Assembly (NCBI GenBank): GCA_054600435.1 | Contig: BAAIJX010000013.1 | Coordinates: 248,001-312,000 of the forward strand | From: Neophaeotheca triangularis | Lineage: Eukaryota | DNA length: 64,000 nucleotides | Direction: 5' to 3' | Part shown: piece by piece, positions 35,801 to 44,456 of the stretch | Position numbering within the stretch: position 1 is the first letter of the stretch | How the letters are laid out: each line of letters begins with the position of its first letter | Translations under genes and position numbers: made by a program | The notes under the pieces: model-generated | The model's input: only the letters and a program-made list of their open reading frames with translations | Told to the model about the DNA's origin: nothing | Database searches by the model: none

Positions 35801-35809
35801 GTCGGCCAT
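29846..35809 (-). CDS. APC1: Anaphase-promoting complex subunit 1 (Apc1/BimE), intronless
   Basis: 1987-aa ORF with PC-repeat motifs WAFFHAGVSAGL, HAGLLLALGLGGHL, ESYRLAAGFALGLINLG, YGSHMAAHLAIG.LFLGGG and DNRCHLQALRH. Confidence 0.95.
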   Translation of the reverse strand: MADISSLGVHHPVALPYLINEGLLPRNLRPDSYQWETSVYETPYGDVQEEVLATKDCVVWSQGDFVRNVYRFEQEGENVVQALLTSFPDDRYGQDGQRGELEVPFSANGSTNLVSPSKPKYGTSRRDAVRQPVLDNQDSSKHGRALVVLLKTKAHIYTGTGARHIVNLPFEVQKAFASPRGVLLQRKIAPPPRAPTAKVPAVPPNSFLSAVPTSSYLDSPTVAKSFGTSHRQKPALPSADTKLSALFQNLSTASNEDSDEEAAGLYTLTSPLSEIGVVTYSHQHWKPRLSNRNPGGLNVEFEALDPAERVVYASHASELGRKRGNLGGELMLLVTMNYDLRTVTIWHAWYIEEKSLAALLRQKADQKAAKARRRSSFLSANLGTGATTPAARPRDGGRESLAVGGTKRLASDSQHTTRASSRRPTKKDEEEAMASQLDPDYQPGEPRRQTRDSRRISSLVSRGELSTADARASQTSAGASFGGAGGSRRNTSFGGAIGRSSLGRRKSRASTPGSTFSRSLGPEDDSMDLDSEFDADGEESIESVLRHIRATYDAAGAESILMNSTDVYKHELVVRKVHSMDLSNRLDTVGGDTNSTVPCKVAVFQSQRAQSTDQDTHMSLYLHYGANDPLTRLDLTIKHRSLWPTESRRLKVAIPVVMLETTTDPCDDIAALKDDQLRALLFSRKAILFSPQSNEICAIPTQVPYRFHDLSRNPLSMDHEDEEIGRNRVAQPPVTPLTLQHVGPHGSFDEIGSDGMHHRRQIKLSPHDKRLDGVLQLCEYVLTGHDPGLVRKAWCRAHDWLVRHPDAMAGTSYSTEHVAFLAAVFVYFIGSLDPKARASLRVSRMAVGKHRAGRATSQLSKGARNYIDSSSENAWAWMAEAPTGSTSSSPPARSSRAADSALKDQLLVIGAGLADELLTSVAGEESQWLTNNDDREARTICARKIMHSLHLFREEQKLNLLADDYTFLVPTIAQLGAWLGLEGWGYADGSYYDLEQPEDGKWVWIKGTLGADMRSDMLMEAPVGIYQWYEQCITGVPRPFLSLSDVVVLGDGSEPPTWLLKDAAQLTPRTAMLGSLLARTDGLQSKATRTVESMANHGVTRTMLETFPAAFALPFREAIARCEREPPTDWTNELLRLVGRSDLVRSGLVKHTTAIPSPTTGQATRDVQTILHALEQPVLATKTREAGRHAVSQLIFNEDRRLVEATSLMHFNSVQVAECAKQPDWTDTFHFEQQRRVMNWVTIRTTALPPGDAMIHYDSQTPLLTEKFHLSGFSSSCIMQPMGHTVTTDRTGLSEEKINWAFFHAGVSAGLRISRNSEGIDTSWVVFNKPEELKNRHAGLLLALGLGGHLRHLAKWLSFKYLTPKHTMTSVGLLLGLAASYMGTMDSLITRMLSVHITKMLPYGAAELNVSPATQTAGLMGIGLLYYNSQHRRMSEIMLSEIEYMDMGDPDDGPDLLRDESYRLAAGFALGLINLGKGKDLRGMHGMHLPERLLAMAVGPRPVHAVHVFDQATAGAVIAVALVYMKSGNKAVAQKINIPDTETQFDHVRPDILLLRTAAKHVILWDHVKAKGSDRGTSTWIQSQLPRCYQGRIKDMKNITYRTSSSDIPFYNIATGLAWALGLRYAGTGNTNAREEILSLLDTLYSQLQRGEAFYYDAKLARATLRRCIDVLALSAATVMAGTGDIITFRYLRRQHGRTNAETTYGSHMAAHLAIGVLFLGGGTYTFCTSDLAIASLMCAFYPLFPIDVQDNRCHLQALRHFWIFAADARCIVIQDIDTHRPIPMPLQVTLKDGTTRQMEAPCLLPELDTISQIETDDRAYWRVTLDFAFNAQHLAAFRKSQIVFVRRCPASEAHDTVFGATFAALNDARLHRDQGRAWDWILQLPAIKKLDLDIAAMELVLPPEPQSGLLLSDQGTIVDERLMLMRAVGDRFTRDELWNLRLLFAWAERHQEQGHSKEGGWLGYSFIQMLRAKVEERTQRYADEEN

Positions 35810-36111
35810 GTTCGATGTCGTGTTCGCGTGATAATTCGGTCATTTTGCCATCAGAATTGAAGATCAGAACCCTTTGTTCTCCATGCTCTCCCTCTCATGA
35901 TTCTTGCAGTTGCCCGGCCTTGTGCTTGCGCTTTCTAAGAGGCGAGGTCGTAAATCGCCAGAAACGGCAAGGTGCGGTCGAGCTTTGGGAGACGCGACGG
36001 CACGCGTTGTTTGCCATTCGGGAGACCTGCACTTTTTATTGTGTCGTTGCCTTTGAGCCTGCGGCATCAACCTCATCCTCACTCATTTGCGCCGACGACA
36101 ACAACGTTGCA

Positions 36112-37974
36112 ATGGACGAGCCACGGGTCACGAAAAGGGCCAAAAAGGCCCATTTGAGGTCAGTGGATGAGCCTAACCGACCATCTTGCTCGATCTTAGC
36201 TGACTTCTTCACCTCTAGCTACGAGCTCCCCCACCGCATCCACTGCTCCTGCATCTGTCCCAGGACCGCACCGAATGGCTCTACCGTCATTGTCTATGGG
36301 CATGAAAGGGGTGTGCGAATGGTATGGAGAGGTGGCAGGCCGAGGAAACACCAACCCTCTGCACCTGCACCACCAGCCTCCAAGCCCCCGAACAACGACA
36401 TGATCGTAATCAGCGACGACGAAGACGAACAACCACAACCGCCTCCCCACAAAGCAGAGATAGAGTACGAATCCAAAGAGGACCTACAAGATCCCAACGG
36501 CTCATGGCCGTGCATCATTGAAGACCTAGACGTTGACCTCGGCTTGGACATACTGCACCTCGCAACGCCTGACGTCCCACAAAAGTCATCTTCGTTTCTC
36601 CAAAAGACAGCTATCGTCGCAGCGACAGACTCAGAAGGTGTACTCAGATTAATCAACCTACCTCTCTCGCCGCCCCTTGCCCAGGAGAAGAGAGCCAGGG
36701 TCGAGCAAATACTGAAAACCTCCATCGAGCTCTCCGCTGGGCGCAGCATTCCCCGTAGCGTCGATGTGAAGCTGCTCGAGAAAACGGAGGGCTATTTGGG
36801 ACCCGCCTGGAGCAAAGCGCAAGGTGGACCTGCTGAAGTCGACCTTCTGGTTGCAACAGTATCAGAGAACGTCAACATTTGGCGCTTCCCGGTAAGCTGG
36901 GAAGACGTCGCTCGGCCAAGGGCACCCATGACCAAAAGCCTACATCTCCCAAAGCCTGCTGTAACAGTTTCTTTTCATCCATCCACCAGTGAGGCGCGAA
37001 TCCTAGTGGCCGAGGCTTCTGGCACAGTCAGGGTGTACGATCCCTTCGCAAACTCAGGGTCAGAAGAGATGGAAATCGAAGAGCGTCAACCAACAGCCAA
37101 GCTAGGTGGTTGGCTGATGGCGTACCATACCTCTTTCCAATCAGCTGGTGACACTTGCAGCTCCCACCCTGCGTTAGCAAAACGCAAGAAAACACTTGAT
37201 GCAAAGTGGGTTCTGGGTGGGAGAGCAATACTCGCGCTCCTGGAGGACGGCGAATGGGGCATCTGGGACCCTTCCAGCGCCATGCAGTCCGGCAAGAACC
37301 CCGAAGAATTTACCCTCCATGGCTTCCTCGGCAGCTCGAGTGCTCCAGAGACCACCATTTCGAAGCCGAAGAGCGTCTCTAAGCTAGCCCCCATGACCCC
37401 CAACACCCGCAAAGCCAAAGCGGAGAACCTGTTTACCGGCCCCACGAAAGTCCCTGGTGTAGCATCCCAAGGCGGCATCTCGGTCGTCAGCAGCACTCCG
37501 CGAGGTCGTCAACACGACGAAGCGGTGGTGATTCACTATAACAACACAGTCTACAGCGTCACAAGCCTACAGTCCTTCTACCAACGCAGCACCTCCTCTT
37601 CCGGCGGTGTTGGGTCTCTCTACTCGCCAGGTCTCACACACCTCTCCGATGTCAATCTCTCCAATGAGAACATTACTTCAGTAGACCAATTCGACGCAAG
37701 GTCTACTTCATCAGGGCTAGGGCAGATGAACACGCAGCGTGATCTGCTGATCAGCGGTGAGCATCGCTTCGTGGTGCTGCAAAATCTAGAGCAAGCTAGT
37801 CAAGGGCAGGGGCTGTTTGCTAGAGCTACCGAAGAAGCGCCTTCGATGCGGGATCAAAAGATGCTGGAAGCCGGAACTCTGGATCTGGGGGGCATGGACA
37901 GGATGCTAAGTGGAATGGCAAACGGTACTGGCGGAGGCAACGCAAGCCGGAGAGTCGGGTTCGCAGCGCAGTGA
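36112..37974 (+). CDS. NUP37: Probable fungal nucleoporin Nup37-like beta-propeller; probable intron 36159-36218
   Basis: YELPHRIH..., APNGSTVIVYGHERGVR.VWRGG, LDAKWVLGGRAILALLEDGEWGIWD and LAPMTPNTRK resemble Pezizomycotina Nup37. 60-nt GTCAGT..CTGAC..TAG intron. Confidence 0.65.
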   Translation: MDEPRVTKRAKKAHLRSVDEPNRPSCSILADFFTSSYELPHRIHCSCICPRTAPNGSTVIVYGHERGVRMVWRGGRPRKHQPSAPAPPASKPPNNDMIVISDDEDEQPQPPPHKAEIEYESKEDLQDPNGSWPCIIEDLDVDLGLDILHLATPDVPQKSSSFLQKTAIVAATDSEGVLRLINLPLSPPLAQEKRARVEQILKTSIELSAGRSIPRSVDVKLLEKTEGYLGPAWSKAQGGPAEVDLLVATVSENVNIWRFPVSWEDVARPRAPMTKSLHLPKPAVTVSFHPSTSEARILVAEASGTVRVYDPFANSGSEEMEIEERQPTAKLGGWLMAYHTSFQSAGDTCSSHPALAKRKKTLDAKWVLGGRAILALLEDGEWGIWDPSSAMQSGKNPEEFTLHGFLGSSSAPETTISKPKSVSKLAPMTPNTRKAKAENLFTGPTKVPGVASQGGISVVSSTPRGRQHDEAVVIHYNNTVYSVTSLQSFYQRSTSSSGGVGSLYSPGLTHLSDVNLSNENITSVDQFDARSTSSGLGQMNTQRDLLISGEHRFVVLQNLEQASQGQGLFARATEEAPSMRDQKMLEAGTLDLGGMDRMLSGMANGTGGGNASRRVGFAAQ

Positions 37975-38977
37975 AAGGGAATGGCGGACCGCGAGCTCAC
38001 TTACCCAGCCTTACGAAGCCCCTCATTGACCCTTTATAGGAGTGTACAGATACCCCGAATCGAACGACCGCTAGACTGCCTCTCGAAGACAACAGATAGG
38101 TAGTACAGCCTCCAAGGCCATTCCAAGCTTAACCCATCATCCCCCTCCACTTCTCTCCCTTCATCTCCCGCCAGCAAAACCCACCACCCCTCCCACCCGC
38201 CCCAAACACTCGCGTCTCAAAGGTGGAGCCCCGTCTCAAGACCCATGAGCTCGGTTCAGTATGCCACGCGAGAGAGCAAGAAGCGCTTTCCCACGCCTCA
38301 CCGGCCCCACGGACCCTCCGACTCTCGCGAGAGCGAGAGTGAGAAAGTCTGAGGGAGGGACGGGCTAGCCGGCGAGCTCTTTTGAAACACAGAGGGGTTC
38401 TATGGACTCGAGATTGTGAGCCTCTTGTTGTGTTGGAAGGAGACTTTGAGGAGGGCTGGCACATTTATTTTGTTGAGGATCTTGGTTTTGCAAAACACGT
38501 ACACCGGTATAGTTTCGAGGGTCAACGGGTCTGTATTCAGCGGGGAAATGTGTACTCTTGTACTGGTGCTACGGCAGCTGCCCATTGCCCAGAGTCCAAA
38601 ATCAGCCCATCTTTCTGCATATTCCGCTCACAGGCTGCTGTTCTCCAATGCACCGTCACCGCAGTTTTTCGTACCGCACCCTCAGTTGATAAGCGCATGG
38701 AGGGCTATCATCAGGTATGCACAGGCTCTGAGAGGCTCGATGTAATCCGCTCTCGCTGAGCTCGCATTGCGACAAGCTGGGCTTATGAGAAGTGTCATGG
38801 ACAGTCGTTCGTCCAGCATCCCGCAACGCCAGCGTTGACGGCGGCCGGGCTTCTCTTGATAGGTCTCATTTTACGGGTCTCGTTGTCCCCATTGGGCCAT
38901 CGGGTGGTGTAGCTCAACCCAACGTTGAAGCAGCATCACTGGCACCCACCGCATGCATGTCTGTCCCGCTTGCAGTC

Positions 38978-39535
38978 TCATCCCAAGTCCATACCCTCCC
39001 CCTCGCCATCCTTCTCTTCACTCTCCGTTGGCCCACCCTGCTCCTCCAAGACCTTCTCCGCCAGTGCCCTAGCTTCCTCAATCAGCTCCGCCTCCTTCTC
39101 CGCCCCAACCTTGTTTCCCCGGCTATTCAACCACCCGATATCCAAGTTACCCAGCCCACCATTCGTAATCCGCTCAGACTCCATCGCAGCAGGAGCACCC
39201 GGTCTCGCAGGACCCTGACTTTTCGTAGCCGCAGCAACCATGCTCAGACTGGGCGCTTCAGCAGTGATGATGCCAGCTTCTTCGAGAGCATAAGCATGGC
39301 GCCGGAGAGCAGTAGTGAGAGATTGGAGGCCGGTGTAAAAGGCTGTTGTGTGGGTTTCTAGCGCTTCTTTGCGGGAGGCATCTGTCGTTTCGGGAGCGCC
39401 GTCTTCGGACGCAGTGTTGGTCAGGTTCGCGATCGTGTTGCCGGCGGAGGAGATGAGGTCGGGGATGTCGGCGTTCAGGGCGGAGAGATCGCGAATGCGG
39501 TCTGCTGGGGTGAGAGTGTTGGTGTCGGTAGCCAT
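38978..39535 (-). CDS. MED11: Mediator subunit Med11
   Basis: TPADRIRDLS.LN.DI..L...AG, LRRHAYALEEAGII and GGLGNLDIGWLNSR..KVG..KEAEL. Confidence 0.85.
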   Translation of the reverse strand: MATDTNTLTPADRIRDLSALNADIPDLISSAGNTIANLTNTASEDGAPETTDASRKEALETHTTAFYTGLQSLTTALRRHAYALEEAGIITAEAPSLSMVAAATKSQGPARPGAPAAMESERITNGGLGNLDIGWLNSRGNKVGAEKEAELIEEARALAEKVLEEQGGPTESEEKDGEGEGMDLG

Positions 39536-40209
39536 GTTTCGCGAGGTGTTGTGGTGAAGGGGTTTGGATGAGTTACAAGATCGAGGTACAGCTCATACCG
39601 GGAGCATCAGCCAAGTAGGTACCTCTCCTCAAGAACATTCAAAGGTTCCCAGGTAGAAGCATGTGAAAGTGGAGTTTGCGTGATGCAGGTCGCTTCCGCA
39701 GAGCCTCACAGCGTATGCCTTCCGAAGCTGCCGGGAAGCATTGGAGGAGGTACCTAGGTAGGTATCTTCCGTATAATGACGCCCGGGCGAGAAGAACCAC
39801 ACGCAATGATGGCCCTCATCCGTAGAACAGAAGCCACTCTATCTGACCAGTATATTGGGATACAACGGCGAGGCATGGGAGTCTCACAATCTGGATATCT
39901 AGGTAGGTAGTCTTGTTTTTGATTCCAGCATACACATGTACCTAATTGCGACAGCAAGCCCGGTTGCTGTCGGGCCACCCCGCAAATGGATACGGAGCAT
40001 CACAGATTCCCGAACTTCGAGCTTCATCCTCAAGATTCACTTCGCGCATCGTTCTTATTATTCACTGCGCTCGCTTCTGAATTGAGCCATTGTCCATGTA
40101 GTATGGCAGACCACAGCAGCGACGACCAAACATAGTTTTCGATTTCAAAGCGCAATTATCTCGAAAAAACCCGCATTAATCATCGCATTCCCCGACAGCA
40201 ACCGCCACG

Positions 40210-43155
40210 ATGTCGGCGCAACAGCCTCCATCTCGGGCTCCTAGCATGGGTCCTCAGAATGCGGTGGGACCGAATGCTGCGCCGCCGGTCGCTGGCGAGC
40301 CACGAGGCGGCGGCGGCGGCGGAGGAAGTGGAGGAGGTGGTGGCGGAGGCTCGCAGAATTTGAACCAAATCGTAAGTTGAGTTGTTTTTCCTTGTTGTTG
40401 GCTTAGGCTTGGGCACGCGTAGAAACGGGGCGGAAGGAAGACAAGGAGCACCGCATGGTCGTCAACTCTGGAAAGTCCAGCCTGGTTCTGCTACTCTTCA
40501 CGGGGAAAGGCCGCAGGAGCAGACGCGCTGGCTACGCCACGACCTGCACTTCACAAGTCTGCGAGCATCCATCAGCTCCACCCGGCAGAGGTATCTCCGA
40601 AAGGGAAAACTCCAAAGTACGAGACGCAATAACCTTCATCACAACCCAGGAAGAACTCCGACATGGCTTCAGCTACCGGCCATCCACGGATTCACCAGCA
40701 CGATGGCCAGTATTTCAATGCTGAAGGCAGACACGTTAATTCTTGCAACCTCTTGGTACGTGAACAGTGAGGTCACTTGAGCCCCCCTCCCGAGAGTTCA
40801 CGTGAGACCGACATGAGTTCACGTGAGACTGGAGAGGGGGGCACCTATGTTCCTCACGTGGAACAGCCCCTCCACCTTCCACTTGACCTCTACGGTCCAT
40901 TCTTCCGGAACATCACATCCTAAGGTCGCTTCAGCGGACAAGGCATGGCAGACCCACGGCTCAGAGAATACGATCGCTGGCGGGAGGCGCAGGCGAGGCA
41001 GAACGCCGAGCCAGTGAAGGAAAAAGATGTAGGGCCGCGACCTTAGGCGGAACGGAATACAGAGCGGTCATGAGGAAAGCAGTGTATGAATTACTTGACT
41101 AACGATCCTGACTAGGTACTGGAATACCTTGCCAAGAAGGGTTATAGCCGCACGGAGGCTATGCTCAGAAAAGAGTCGCAATTCTTGACACCAGACGGAA
41201 CCCCAGCCTACCAAAGGGCCGAGGACCAAGGCGGTAAAGCATACTTTACTGGGTTCGATCTTGTTCACAACTGGGTAGAGAATGTTCTCGACATTTACAA
41301 GCCTGAACTCAAGCGAATGCTTTGGCCTCTTTTTGTCTACGCATTCCTCTCACTGGTTGCCGAATTCTACCCAAATGATAGCCGCGAATTCTTCAAGAAA
41401 TACAGGCATATCTTTGACAGCGAGCATGAGGATGATGTGCGAAGCCTTCAGCCAATCTCTGACCCTGCGCACCTCGAAACACACAACATTGCCAAGATCT
41501 ACCGGGACAATAAATATCGGTTGACGCTGAGCATGATGGGGTTTTCATCCTTGATCCAGCATCTTGAGAAATATGAGAGTGAGGGTGGTCAAGTTGTCAA
41601 GGCATTACTTGATCAATTCTTCGATGTCAGGACGGTCGACCGTGCAGCTGCCGGCAACGAAAGGAGTCTGGCAAAACTCCTGGCAAAGCAAAACGGTGAC
41701 GAAAACACCCCAGCCGAAGATGAGGGTATCCCAGGCCACCACCCAGGCTCTGCAAATACCAATCGCGACGCGCCTACAGTTCTGTCGAAGCTATCGCTCG
41801 GGCCTGCGCCAATGGACTCTGACCTCAGGGATGACGTGAAGGCGGAACTTCAAGACCACGACGCGCAAAATCCTCCAGCAGCCGGACAGAACTCACTCAC
41901 TGAAGAGTTCGAGCAACGCATCAAGCGTGAAGAGACAGACGACATCGGCCCCCGTGACACCATACCTTTACCACCTTCAACCGCTAGAGACGTCGCCATG
42001 GAGGTGCAGAAAGTGAAGGAGAACCGTGACCGTTTTCGTATCGAAGGGCGCACAGGTGGCGTTGGTCCAGGCGTGAGTGTGGCTATGTTCACCCTCCACA
42101 ACACCTTCGACACAGTCAACTGCATGGAATTCAGCGGCGACGATGCCCTAATGGCCGTGGGAACTTCAGAATCATACATTCGCGTCTGGTCTCTTGACGG
42201 TAAAACGCTCACTTCACCGACTGACGGACCCGACTACCAACCGTCATCCTCCCGTCGCTTGATTGGACACTCGGGCCCCGTCTACGCGCTCTCCTTCGCC
42301 CCTACCATCGGCCTCAAAGATGCTTCGAACAACGTCTCTGAAGAATCCCAACCCCGCTACCTCCTCTCATCTTCTGCCGATCAGACCATCCGCCTCTGGT
42401 CTCTCGATACCTTCACCCCAATGGTCATCTACAAGTCCCACACCGCGCCAGTCTGGAGTCTAAGCTTCAGCCCCCACGGCCACTATTTCGCCTCCAGCTC
42501 TGCAGACCGGACTGCCAAACTCTGGTCGACTGCCCATGTTTCACCACTGCGTCTCTTCGTCGGCCACGATTCCGATGCCGAGACCCTGTGCTGGCATCCA
42601 AACGGTCTGTACGTTTTTACCGGAGCTGGCGGTGGTGACAGGACAGTGAGAATGTGGGATATCCAACGTGGCGTCGGAGTGCGGATGTTTACCGGCCACG
42701 TCGGCAACGTCACCTCTTTGGCTTGCGCGCCGAACGGCAAAACTGTCGCTAGCGCCGATGACAGGGGTGAGATCATCTTGTGGAACCTCACCACGGGCCG
42801 TCTTGTTAAGAGAATGAGAGGCCACGGCAGAGGCGGTATCTGGAGCATGGACTGGTCGGTCGAGTCCAGTGTGCTCGTCTCCGGGGGAGCAGACGGTACT
42901 GTGAGGGTCTGGGATGTGGCGCCGAACACCGAGGGTGGAGGCAAGGTTATTGGCGAAGGGGGAGCGGGTGCGAAAGTAGATGGTGCGGGGGGGCCGAATG
43001 GCGTAGCTGCTGGCGCTACAAAGGGCAAGGGAAAGAAAGAGGTTGCTGTCTCTGCGGACCAGATTTCCGCTTTCCCTACCAAGAAGAGCCCGGTTTACAA
43101 GGTTCGCTTTACACAGATGAACTTGGTGGTTGCTGGTGGGGCTTTCATGCCGTAG
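40210..43155 (+). CDS. TAF5: TFIID/SAGA subunit Taf5; exons 40210-40371, 41116-43155
   Basis: Spliced LisH QNLNQI|VLEYLAKKGYSRTEAMLRKE, NTD2 (YKPELKRMLWPLFVY), WD40 repeats and C-terminal FPTKKSPVYKVRFT.MNL. Intron GTAAGT..GACTAAC..TAG. Confidence 0.95.
40769..41047. repeat. Nested inverted and direct repeats inside TAF5 intron 1
   Basis: GAGGTCA/TGACCTC, GCCCCCCTC/GAGGGGGGC, two copies of GAGTTCACGTGAGAC, TGTTCC/GGAACA and CCTAAGGTCGC/GCGACCTTAGG. Confidence 0.8.
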
Positions 43156-43655
43156 GATGTGGCGAGATGCGGCTCTGAGAATGCGGATGCCAGGGACAAA
43201 ATCATAAATACAGCTCGGACGAGGTGTTTTAGCATGGAGTTTCGGGGTTTGGTACGTAGGCCATGCTGCAGCTGCGAAAGTGCAGCTAGTTGTGTTTCGA
43301 CACATCATGTGCTCTGCGTGTATCAATACAAAATGAATTGGCTATGCTACAATTTCCGTGCTCTTCTTTACAATTTACAAGTGTCGACTCCGGACCCAGT
43401 AGCGCCGAATCAGCGGCCTTTGTGCCTCATGCGATTGAGGGACAACCTAGCAAAAGGCCACCCTTTGCAGTATATGCTCATGACTGCTAGCTTACTCTGC
43501 TCGTTCTTGGTAGAATCATTCAAAACCTCTTGCCATGTGTGAGCAGTATGTGTCTGGCAAAAACTCACTTTTCTCCCCGCACACTTTCTCGTTTGTCCGC
43601 GGTCCTAATCCTCCCAAGAACGCCGGTGCATATTGACAATTCAAAGCGAACTCCC

Positions 43656-44183
43656 TCACTTCTCCCCACCTGGCTCCTTCCGCCCCTTAGCCCTCTCCCT
43701 CTTCCCTTTAGCCTCCCCCTTCTTCTCCGCCTCCTGCCCATACCCACTTATCAAGTCAAGCAAGCTGTCCTCCTGGGCCGCCGCCCCCTCGCCCTTCTGA
43801 ATCCCCTCCTCCCCATCCCTCGCTTCCTCTCCAGCATCCAAAACTTCACTATCCCAACCGCGCCCAAAACGGCCTCGAAACCTCTTCAACCTGCCCGCCT
43901 CGTCTTCCTCCACATTCAGCAACTTCTGCGACGACGGGTTCCAGAGGAGCGAGTTGCGCGTGTCTTTTGTCGTCTTATACAGCGATTGCGGTGACGTGGT
44001 GCGTTGCGTGTAGGTGCTGCCGTCAGAGAGGGTCACCAGTTGAGTGAAGGTGTAGGGGCGTTTGGGCCGCTTGAGGAGAGTTGCGTGCCGGACCTGGGTT
44101 TGTGGTTGGAGGGGGAGGCGGCAGGAGGGGCACAGGTGTGATGTTGCGCGTGCGCTTGGGCGGAGGCTGGTTTGGAACGCCAT
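43656..44183 (-). CDS. MRPL36: Mitochondrial ribosomal protein bL31m (MRPL36)
   Basis: Presequence-like N-terminus, then RPYTFTQLVTLSDGSTY..RTTSP...KDTRNSLLWNPS...DEAGRL..FR.RFG. Confidence 0.85.
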   Translation of the reverse strand: MAFQTSLRPSARATSHLCPSCRLPLQPQTQVRHATLLKRPKRPYTFTQLVTLSDGSTYTQRTTSPQSLYKTTKDTRNSLLWNPSSQKLLNVEEDEAGRLKRFRGRFGRGWDSEVLDAGEEARDGEEGIQKGEGAAAQEDSLLDLISGYGQEAEKKGEAKGKRERAKGRKEPGGEK

Positions 44184-44456
44184 GTTTGGTTTGTTGGTCT
44201 GGTAGTAGTGAAGATATGGAGCGGTCTTGCTGTTGCGATACTCGATTCGAGAGTGCAAGCCTCGGAGGTGCTGCGGAGTTAATTTAGTTGGAATTTGACA
44301 ATTACATTGATTGGGCTTTAATGAAATTCCGCTTAATTAGCGTTTCTCGCGAAAGTGTCAGCTCCGACCTCATCCCGTCTCCACGATTGTCTACTTCCTT
44401 TGCTCTGTTCCCACCTCCATACATCCACGCTCGCATTGTCGCGCATCGCTTCGCCG

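Noticed and set aside
29846..35809. APC subunit as a marker of the mating-type locus
   Set aside because: MAT is linked to APC5/APN2/SLA2/COX13, not APC1, and no alpha-box or HMG gene is present.
35815..36111. N-terminal extensions in the ORF track (NUP37 from 35815; also 12709, 25127, 44258, 44355)
   Set aside because: They rely on non-ATG or promoter-overlapping starts. Downstream ATGs in better context match the expected protein starts.
38129..38930. Short ORFs between NUP37 and MED11
   Set aside because: Non-ATG starts, no motifs and no coherent exon structure.
40468..40482. GGAAAGTCC resembling RNase P/MRP CR-I in the TAF5 intron
   Set aside because: No convincing complementary CR-V/P4 partner found downstream.
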